DNA of 64,000 bases from Holophagales bacterium UBA5066. Its GTDB lineage: Bacteria > Acidobacteriota > Thermoanaerobaculia > UBA5066. The notes below the pieces were generated by a model. That model was not told where the DNA came from. It worked only from the letters and a program-made list of their open reading frames with translations, and made no database searches. This document shows positions 1 to 8,000 of this stretch, in pieces; the first letter of the stretch is position 1, and each line of letters begins with the position of its first letter. Position numbers and translations under genes: made by a program. The stretch spans positions 51,697 through 115,696 of the forward strand of contig DIAY01000212.1 of assembly GCA_002414905.1 (NCBI GenBank), read 5' to 3'.

Positions 1-859
1 GGAAGACGCGGCTCCAGAGGTCGATCGCCTCCTGCAGGTGGCCTCGCGCCGCGGCATCGTCGCCCTGCCGGAGGAACTGCGAGATCCGCGGGTCCACGGT
101 GGCTGCGGGACCCGGGGCGGCCGCCCGGTCAGGGAACGAAAGGACGTTCGCGGCGGGAGCGAACGGATCGGCCGGGGGCTCGGCGGAGCCGAAGAGGTCG
201 GACGGGGGTTCCGATAGCGCGAAAGGGTTCGCCGGGGGTGCGATTTCGGGCTGGCCGGCCGAAGGGGCGGGCGATGCAAACGGATCGCCGGCGGGAAGCG
301 GAGCTCCGGAGAACGAGAGCTCGGGAGCGGGTGCACTGAAGGCGTCGGCTCCGGGTGTGTCGACACTGAAGCCTGGGGAGGAGAAGGGCGCCAGAGGAGT
401 GGACGGCGGCGGGGCGACCGGGGCGGCGGGCGCGAACGGGTTGGGACCCAGGTCCTCGAAGCCGAGGTCGTCGAGTCCGGAGCCGCTGGCCCCGAACGCA
501 TCGGGGGCGGGAGACGGGGCTGCGGGAACGGCCCAACCGGCGGCGGGCGTGGCCGGGCCGGGAGCCGAGGGTGCTGCCGGAGCGGGCGCCGGATGCGAAG
601 GTGCCGGCGCCGAGCCGAAGGCGTCGAACTCCGCGAGGTCGACCACGGTTCCTGCGGCGACGCCTCGAAGGGACGACAGGAGGCGCCGCGCGGGCGCGAA
701 ACGCGCGTCCATCTTCAGGATGAAGTCACAGCCGAGCAGAGCGTCCTCGTTGCGGCCCGCCCGCGCCATGTCGAGCGTGTGACGGAACGTCTGGAGGACC
801 TTCTCGCGGGCCTCGGCGGAGAGGGAGGGACTCCCCTGGTAGGAAACGGGCTCGGGCAT
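1..859 (-). CDS. hypothetical protein, N-terminal 286 codons (Pro/Ala-rich linker with DPF/NPF/LF motifs, TPR-like C-terminal region runs off the window start)
   Basis: Minus-strand ATG at 859..857 translates to MPEPVSYQGSPSLSAEAREKV... and stays open to position 1. It is divergent from the formiminotransferase gene with ~100 bp between them. It is absent from the ORF track only because it runs off the edge. Confidence 0.45.
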   Translation of the reverse strand, partial: MPEPVSYQGSPSLSAEAREKVLQTFRHTLDMARAGRNEDALLGCDFILKMDARFAPARRLLSSLRGVAAGTVVDLAEFDAFGSAPAPSHPAPAPAAPSAPGPATPAAGWAVPAAPSPAPDAFGASGSGLDDLGFEDLGPNPFAPAAPVAPPPSTPLAPFSSPGFSVDTPGADAFSAPAPELSFSGAPLPAGDPFASPAPSAGQPEIAPPANPFALSEPPSDLFGSAEPPADPFAPAANVLSFPDRAAAPGPAATVDPRISQFLRQGDDAAARGHLQEAIDLWSRVF

Positions 860-961
860 GGGAACCTCTTCGAACCCAGCGTAACAAGGCGCCTTTCCGG
901 CGGCAAGCGCCGTGCGCCCCCCGCGGTAAGATCTTCGGTCCGGAAGCGGGGAGGAAATCCG

Positions 962-1882
962 ATGACCACACTGATCGAATGCATCCCGAACATCAGCGAA
1001 GGACGCCGCCCGGAAGTGGTCGCGGCCATCTCGAGCGCCGCGGTTTCGTCCGGTCCGGGAGTTCTCCTTCTCGACTGGACGTCCGATGCCGACCACAACC
1101 GCTCCGTCCTGACCTTCCTCGGGGACGGTCCGGCCCTGGTTCGGGCGATGGAGGCGATGGTCGCCGAGACCCTCGTCCACGTCGACCTGACGAAGCACGA
1201 GGGGGCTCACCCGCGGCTCGGGGCCGTCGACGTCATCCCGTTCGTCCCCATTCGGAACGCAACCACCGCCGACTGCGTCGCCCTGGCGAAGGAGCTCGGC
1301 GCCCGGCTCGCACAGAAGCACGGCCTGCCGATCTACCTTTACGAGGACGCCGCTTCGAGCGAGGTCCGCCGGAACCTCGCCACGATCCGCAAGGGCGAGT
1401 TCGAGGGGCTCGGCGAGAAGATGAAGAACCCCGAGTGGAAGCCCGACTTCGGGCCCGACGCCCCGCACCCGACGGCGGGTGCGACCGTAATCGGGGCACG
1501 CTCGCCTCTCATCGCCTACAACATCAACCTCGGGACGGCCGACCTCTCGATCGCTGACCGGATCGCGAGGTCGATCCGCCACCTCTCCGGCGGCTACCGG
1601 TTCGTCAAGGCGATGGGCGTCAAGCTCGAAGCGCGCGGCATCGTCCAGGTCTCCATCAACATGACGAACTACGAGAAGACGCCGCTCCACCGCGTCTTCG
1701 AGACGGTGCGCTCGGAGGCCGAGCGCTTCGGCGTGCCGGTCGTCGGCTCCGAGATCGTCGGTCTCGTCCCGCAGGCGGCCCTCGTCGGCACTGCCGAGCA
1801 CTACCTGAGGCTGGAGTCGCCCGCTTCGCCGCAGGTCCTCGAGAACAAGCTTCTCGACGTCGCCTTCGCCTCTAAAGATTAG
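962..1882 (+). CDS. glutamate formimidoyltransferase (FtcD N-terminal domain family)
   Basis: The internal ATG in ORF 593..1882 gives a 306-aa protein MTTLIECIPNISEGRR...SVLTFLGDGPALV...NINLGTADLSIADRIARSIR, which is typical formiminotransferase sequence. The upstream part of the ORF is Arg-rich junk. Confidence 0.85.
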   Translation: MTTLIECIPNISEGRRPEVVAAISSAAVSSGPGVLLLDWTSDADHNRSVLTFLGDGPALVRAMEAMVAETLVHVDLTKHEGAHPRLGAVDVIPFVPIRNATTADCVALAKELGARLAQKHGLPIYLYEDAASSEVRRNLATIRKGEFEGLGEKMKNPEWKPDFGPDAPHPTAGATVIGARSPLIAYNINLGTADLSIADRIARSIRHLSGGYRFVKAMGVKLEARGIVQVSINMTNYEKTPLHRVFETVRSEAERFGVPVVGSEIVGLVPQAALVGTAEHYLRLESPASPQVLENKLLDVAFASKD

Positions 1883-1939
1883 AGGATCAGGGAGCCGGTC
1901 AGGCGGTTCGGGGACCCCGGGCGCGAGCCCGGGGATGCC

Positions 1940-2836
1940 TCAGCGGAACTGACGGAGCAGGACCCACGCCCCGGCGGCGATGAGGAGCGCGAAACCGAGG
2001 AGTCCAGAGCGGCCTCCTGCAGGAATCGCTGCAGCGCCGTCGACAAGGAGTCCAGCGGCTGCAGAGGCGTCCTGTGCAGCCAGGATGGTGCCGTCAGGAG
2101 CGAGAAGAAGCAGATCGTAGGCGCCGGGACCCGGGGCCGCGCCAAGCAGGACACCCGAAAAAGCATTCGTCGCGGTGCTGAACGGCTGCGAGAGGACGCA
2201 CGGGCCAGTGTATGCGCCGCCGATAAGGGCCGCCGTCGAGGGGGCGGAGCCGGGCAGCTGAGGACGGGGGGGAAGCGGAGTGCTCGTCATGACAGCCGGG
2301 GGCGTGTCCGTCGGGGTACTGACGGGCGTGAACGTCGGGGTGTCGGTGGGGGTGTTCGTCGGGGTGCTGGGGATGGACGTCGGGGTGTTGGGGATGGACG
2401 TCGGGGTGTTGGGGATGGACGTCGGGGTGCTGGGGATGGACGTCGGGGTGCTGGGGATGGACGTCGGGGTGTTGGGGATGGACGTCGGGGTGCTGGCGGG
2501 CGTGAACGTCGGCGTCGGAGTGGGAGTCAGGCCTCCGATCGTCCAGATGCCGTTGGGGACGAGGCAAAGCGTGTAGGTGAGCGCCACGTCGGGCACCGTA
2601 CCTGCCGCGACGAGGGGCTGCCCGGGGATTGCTGTCGTCACGTTCAGCCCGACGGCAGCCGGCGGGGCCGGAGCCAGGGCCTTGATCGGGGCTTCCGCCC
2701 GCACGTTCGGCACAGGTGCCCTCGCGGAGTCGCGATCCTTCGCCGCGGCGGGGAGGAGCGCGACGAGGAGCACCGCCAGTACGGCGGAACCACACATCCG
2801 AACGCTCCCTTGCGTACCAGAGACTCTCGCAGTCAT
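1940..2836 (-). CDS. secreted Pro/Thr-repeat protein with a C-terminal hydrophobic anchor
   Basis: ATG at 2836 has GGAGGG 6 nt upstream. The product has a signal-peptide-like N-terminus (MCGSAVLAVLLVALLPAAA), about 7 tandem TPTSIP[N/S] heptads and a C-terminal TM-like tail ending LLRQFR. Confidence 0.55.
   Translation of the reverse strand: MTARVSGTQGSVRMCGSAVLAVLLVALLPAAAKDRDSARAPVPNVRAEAPIKALAPAPPAAVGLNVTTAIPGQPLVAAGTVPDVALTYTLCLVPNGIWTIGGLTPTPTPTFTPASTPTSIPNTPTSIPSTPTSIPSTPTSIPNTPTSIPNTPTSIPSTPTNTPTDTPTFTPVSTPTDTPPAVMTSTPLPPRPQLPGSAPSTAALIGGAYTGPCVLSQPFSTATNAFSGVLLGAAPGPGAYDLLLLAPDGTILAAQDASAAAGLLVDGAAAIPAGGRSGLLGFALLIAAGAWVLLRQFR
2361..2486. repeat. 21-bp tandem repeat (GGGGTG[C/T]TGGGGATGGACGTC), 6 near-perfect copies with degenerate flanking copies, coding for the TPTSIP[N/S] heptads
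   Basis: Direct reading of 2341-2520. The copies differ only at one C/T position. Confidence 0.7.
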
Positions 2837-2888
2837 CGTCCCCTCCGGGCGGTTCTGATTTCCAATTTCGAAATCCCGTCTCGAAATC

Positions 2889-4214
2889 TTAGTCACCGCC
2901 GCACTCTTTTGCAACATAGGTGAGTTCGACGAGGAGGGCCTCGTTTCTTGAGATCGACACTTCAAGCGCGAAGAGCCTCGCGACGCGCACCGGGTCTGGA
3001 CGCAGCTCGGCCCGCCGGGCGAGAGCCTGGGCGAGAGTCCGCGCGAGGGCCTCCGGTGATCCGCTCTCGCAGAGGAGGCCGTAGCCGGTTTCGCGGACGA
3101 CGACGCGGGCTCCCGGTATGTCGGTCGCCACCACGGGCGTTCCGGCGAGCATCGCCTCCACCTGGACGAGAGCCATCATCTCGGAGCGGCTCGGCAGAAC
3201 GAAGACGTCGCACATCGCGTGGAAGTCGGCAATCCGCTGCGGATCGCGCAGGAGGCCGAGGAGGACGAGCCGGTCCCCCGCGGCGGAGACGAGCGGACGG
3301 CACTTCTCGAAGAAACGTTCGTAGTGGACGTTCGCTTCGCCCGCGAAGACGAGGTGGACGTCGGGGACGAGGGTGCGAAGGAGCGGGAGGGCCTGGAGGA
3401 GGACGTCGAAGCCCTTTTCCGCCACGAACCGGCCGGCAAAGCCGACGACCGTCTTTCCCGTGAGACCGAGATCGGCCCTCCAGCGGGCCGAGGCGGCACG
3501 GTCCGGCTCAGGGAGGGTGACCGGGGGTGCGATCGCCCGGACCTTCTCGCGGACGCCGCCAAGGAGGCGTGACGAGGCGGCGTAGTCGTCGCTGTAGGTC
3601 GTGACCGCGTTCGCGAGCCGGGCCGCGCCCGCGAGGACGACGAAGGCGGCCGCCTCGATTGCCTTCTCGTGAAGGCTCGGCGGCATGACGACGTCCCCGT
3701 GATGGGTCATCAGGACGGGGACGCCGAGCGCCCGGGCCAGCCCCGCGACGAGAAGCGCCTCGGGGAGAGGCGTGTGGATCTGGACCACGTCGGTCTCGCA
3801 GAGGAGCCGCGCGAGGGCGAAGGGGAGGCCGGGAACGATCATCCCGCGATTGAAGCCGGCAAGCGGCCGGAGCCTCACCACACGGACCCCGTCGACGACT
3901 TCCTCGCGAGAAAGCGACGGCTCGTGACGCGTCGTCAGGACGGTCACCGTGTGTCCCCTCCGGGCCAGACCTTCAGCCAGCCTTACTGCGTGGACGGTGA
4001 GGCCCGTCCAGTGCGGGCGGTAATAGGTGAGGACGGAGAGGATGCGGATGGCGCGCCTCGAAGTGCCGGGAGGGTAGCAGGCGGGCGGACCCGTTACTCT
4101 CTGCGCGTTGAAGAACGATCCCTTGCCCGGACCCGGACCTGGGCACGACAGCGGGTACGGCCACGGGCTCGATCGCGAACGCCTCGAGGCGTTCCTCGCG
4201 GACGACCTCGACAT
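2889..4214 (-). CDS. glycosyltransferase family 4 (GT4)
   Basis: ORF 2889..4415 contains RILSVLTYYRPHWTGL...GHTVTVLT and a C-terminal EX7E-like region FVLPSRSEMMALVQVEAMLAGTPVV. The start is uncertain: ATG at 4214 (MSRSS) leaves a ~55-aa N-terminal extension, and no canonical start codon lies just before the conserved RILSVL. Confidence 0.75.
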   Translation of the reverse strand: MSRSSARNASRRSRSSPWPYPLSCPGPGPGKGSFFNAQRVTGPPACYPPGTSRRAIRILSVLTYYRPHWTGLTVHAVRLAEGLARRGHTVTVLTTRHEPSLSREEVVDGVRVVRLRPLAGFNRGMIVPGLPFALARLLCETDVVQIHTPLPEALLVAGLARALGVPVLMTHHGDVVMPPSLHEKAIEAAAFVVLAGAARLANAVTTYSDDYAASSRLLGGVREKVRAIAPPVTLPEPDRAASARWRADLGLTGKTVVGFAGRFVAEKGFDVLLQALPLLRTLVPDVHLVFAGEANVHYERFFEKCRPLVSAAGDRLVLLGLLRDPQRIADFHAMCDVFVLPSRSEMMALVQVEAMLAGTPVVATDIPGARVVVRETGYGLLCESGSPEALARTLAQALARRAELRPDPVRVARLFALEVSISRNEALLVELTYVAKECGGD

Positions 4215-5013
4215 GGCCTTCCGGCGCCGGGTCCTCTGGCTCCTCGACGCCCTCGCCCTGCGGCCGGGGCTCTCCCTGCTCGACCTCGGCTGCGGGCCGG
4301 GGGTCCTCCTCAGGGCGCTCGCCGCGTCGACGTCCGGCGTGAAAGCCGTGGGCCTGGATGCGGGAATGGATCGTCTGCTCCAGGCTCGGGCAGCTCCCAC
4401 GCCCGCGCCGCTCACGCGAGGTGATGCGCTTCGTCTGCCATTTCACGATTCCACTTTCGACCGGGTTCTCGCCGCGGAAGTCCTCGAGCACATTGCCGAC
4501 GACGCGGGAGCGCTCGGTGAGCTCCACCGGGTCCTCGTGCCGGGCGGCCTCCTCGCGCTCTCCGTCCCGCACGAGGACTACCCCTTCCTCTGGGACCCCA
4601 TCAACCGGACCTGGACGGCGCTCGGAGGCGCTCCTTTCCGGACGGGTCCTCTCGTCGGGATCTGGACGGGACATGAACGGCTCTATCGGCCGAGCGACCT
4701 CACCGCGCGCGTCACCGCGGCAGGATTCGAGGTCCTTCGGGTAGAGGAGGCGACGCACCACTGCCTCCCGCTCTCCCATTTCCTCCTCTACGGCGTCGGC
4801 CGGCCCCTCGTCGAGCGGGGTCCCCTCCCGGAGGCGCTGCGTCGGCGCCTGGGCCGCCTCCCGGCAGCGCCGAACTCCTCCCGTCGCGGGGTGGACCTCC
4901 TGGCACCCCTGCGTGCCCTGCTTGCGGCCGTGGACCGAAGAAACGACGCCGAGGCGGTAAAGAAGAGGAAGACCTTCGTGAACGTCCTGCTCCTCGCGCG
5001 CCGCTCCCCGTGA
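4108..5013 (+). CDS. class I SAM-dependent methyltransferase
   Basis: Motif I LDLGCGPG and motif post-II LAAEVLEHIADD are present. An alternative start MAF at ~4213 would remove the antisense overlap with the GT4 gene. Confidence 0.8.
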   Translation: MKNDPLPGPGPGHDSGYGHGLDRERLEAFLADDLDMAFRRRVLWLLDALALRPGLSLLDLGCGPGVLLRALAASTSGVKAVGLDAGMDRLLQARAAPTPAPLTRGDALRLPFHDSTFDRVLAAEVLEHIADDAGALGELHRVLVPGGLLALSVPHEDYPFLWDPINRTWTALGGAPFRTGPLVGIWTGHERLYRPSDLTARVTAAGFEVLRVEEATHHCLPLSHFLLYGVGRPLVERGPLPEALRRRLGRLPAAPNSSRRGVDLLAPLRALLAAVDRRNDAEAVKKRKTFVNVLLLARRSP

Positions 5014-5053
5014 AGAGGACGAGGCCTGGTCCGGTATCGTCCCGCGGACTTCC

Positions 5054-8000
5054 TTGAACGAGCCCTCGCTCCTCGATCTCGTACGCAGCCTCGCGACGCG
5101 CAAGCGCCTTCTTCGCCTGCTCCTCGTCGCGGTGGCCTTTGGCTCGCTCGCCATGGCGGCGAGCCTTCTCCTTTCGCCGGGCGTCTCTCTCTTGAGGCCC
5201 CTCGCCTGGGTCGTCTCCGCAGTCGCGCTGGGCGAGGCCGCTCGCCTCGCGGGGCGGACGAAGGTCGGGGAGACTCCGGTCGCAACGCCCGTCGAGGTCC
5301 TCCGGCGCCGGCCGTCGGCCCGGACCTTCGCCCTTCTGGCGGTCGTCCTCGTCGGCATCGGCTTTCGGGTGTCGTGGCTCAGCTGGGACGAGGGAGCGCT
5401 CCTTCACCCCGACGAATACGGGCTCACCGGCACGCTGACCAGACTCTCCTTTCCGAAGAACGCGGCCGAGTGGTTCGACACGCGCCTCTCCCCGATGAGC
5501 CCCTATCCGCACTACGACGTAGACGGACAGCGGCTTCCCGGCAAGGCACCAGACGAGGCGATGCGCTGGGGGCAGTGGCCCCAGTTCCTGATTCGCGGCA
5601 CGGCCGAGCTTCTGAGCGGGCGGCCCGAAGCGCCTGGAGAGGACTTCACCCGCTTCGCCGACCTCAGACTCCTCGGACGAAGGCTCTCGGCGGTCACGAG
5701 TGTCCTGACTCTTGGGCTGCTTTTCCTGCTCGCTCGCCGGCTCACAAGCCCTCCTACGGCCCTCCTCGCAACGGCTCTAGCGGCGCTCGCACCGCTCGCG
5801 CTCCAGCAGTCGCGATTCCTGACGGTCGACGGCTTCGCCGCGCTCTTCGCCACGGCGGCCCTCCTGCCGGTCGTTCGCATCGCCGCCCCCCGAGACGGGG
5901 AGCGCGGGCCGAAGGCCCCGGCGGCGCTCTTCGGACTCCTCGCGGCGATGGCGGTCGCATCCCGCCTCAACCTCGCTCCGATCGTTCTCCTCCTGCCACT
6001 GGCCCTCCTTCTGCGGGAACGGGGCGTCCCTCTTTCCGCTCTCCTTCGGCGTGCCGCCGGCCCGGTGTTTCTCGGCGCGATCGTCTTTCTGGCCACGTTC
6101 CGCGTCACGCAACCGATGTCCTTCCGCGCGCCCCGCGGAGAGACGACCCCGTTCACGCTCACTCTCAACGCCGACTGGCTCCGCAACGTCGAGCTGGCCC
6201 GCTCGGAGTCGGCCCTCGAGACCTCCGCTCCCCCCGCCGAGCAGTGGGCCGGCCGCACCCGCCTTCTCTTCCCCTCGCTCAACACGTTCCTCTGGGGCCT
6301 CGGAATTCCGGGCGGTCTTCTCGCCCTCGCGGGTCTCGGTCTCTCCCTCGCGGCAATCGCGAAGGGGAGCGCCCGCGCGGGGCCCGGGACGCTCGTCCTC
6401 CTCGCCTGGACCGTCGCGTTCTTTCTCTTCATGGCGATGCGCCCGGTCTCCTCGGTCCGCTACTTTCTCCCGCTCTATCCCCTCTTCGCGTTCTTCGGTG
6501 CGCTCGCCCTGGAGCGGCTCGAGGAGAGGCTTCGCACGAGAGGGGCCCGCCTCGCGGCGGTCGTCCCCGCGGCGGCCGTCCTTTTCGCCCTCGCCTGGGC
6601 GTGGGGATTCACGGGCATCTGGAGGCGGCCCAACACGCGGATCGCCGCGTCCCGCTATCTCTACGCGAATCTTCCGGCGGCGGCGAACGTCGTTCTCGAC
6701 GGGGGCGAGGGTCCCCGACGAATCCCGCTTCGCGATGGACGCTCGCGCGTCGTGTCGGAGGAAGCGACCGGCCTTCCCATTCCTGCTGGAACAGTTGGCG
6801 CTCTTCGTCGCGTCGAGTTCCCGCACGTCTGGGGTCCCCCCGGCTCGGAGATTCGGATCGCGATCCGAAAGAGCGGCAGTTCAGCCCCTCTGGCAGAAGG
6901 GACTTTCCCCGTTCCCCCGACCCGGCACCATCCGCTCGGAGACGCGGCTGCCGTTTCCGTCGGGCCTCTCGCGTTGCAGCCCGGCCAGGACTACGAGGTC
7001 GTCCTCTCGGCGCGCGGCGGGAGCGTCACGATCACCTCCTCCGTCCTCCTCAGCGAGACCTGGGACGAGGTTTTGCCGTGCGCTCTCGCCGGCCTCGACG
7101 GCCGTCTCTACGACGGACGCCTCCTCGCCGTTCGGGGCCCCGACAACGCCGTCAAGAGGGACGCTGTCCTTGCTGCGGTCGCCGAGGCCGACGCGATCGT
7201 CCTCTCGAGCCCCCGATCGCTCTGGGTCGTTCCCCGCCTTCCGCTGAATCACCCGTTCACGATGGCCTACTACCGCGCCCTCTTCGACGGAAGGCTCGGC
7301 TTCGCCGCCGCTCCCGCAAGTCCGTTCCAGGCGCCCCTGCGCCTCGGACCTCTCTGGATCTCGGACGTGGCGGGCGCGATGTCGTGGCGGCGTCCGCCGG
7401 TCCTGCCGCTTGCGGCCCCGGGCCCGTTCGCGGCGGAGGAGGCCTTCTTCGTCTACGATCACGCCCCGGTCTGGGTCTTCACGCGCGTGGCGCAACGAAG
7501 CCCGGCCGAGCTGGATGCGATCCTCCCCGCATCGCTCCTTCTCGACGTCGTCCCGCAGACGCCGCTCCAGGCGAGCGCGGCGCCCGACGGGCTGATGCTC
7601 CCGCCCGATCGTCTCGCGCGCGACGCGGCCGGTGAAGGGAGGAACGACGCGCCCTCTCCGGATTCCCGCCTGAACCGCTCCCCCGCGCTCACGATCCTGG
7701 CGTGGCTTGCGCTTCTGGCGCTCCTCGGCCTCGCAGGCCTGCCGTTCACGGCGGCGGCTTTCAGCCGCCTCCCTTCGGCGGCCTTTGCCTTCGCGCGCTT
7801 CGCCGGCCTCCTCCTGTCCGCCTGGCTGTCGTGGCTTCTCGCCTCGCTCCGGGTCGTCCCCTTCGGACGCGGCGCGATTCTCGTCGCGCTCTTCTTCGTT
7901 CTCCTCGCTTCGGGAACGCTGGCCTGGCGAAACCGGGTGTCTCTCCTCGAGCTCCTGCGGCGCGAGCGGCGGACGCTGCTCGCCACGGAGCTTCTCTTTT

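Noticed and set aside
2361-2486. CRISPR array
   Set aside because: The only short tandem repeats in the window are these 21-bp units. They have no spacers and are in-frame coding sequence. No cas genes are present.
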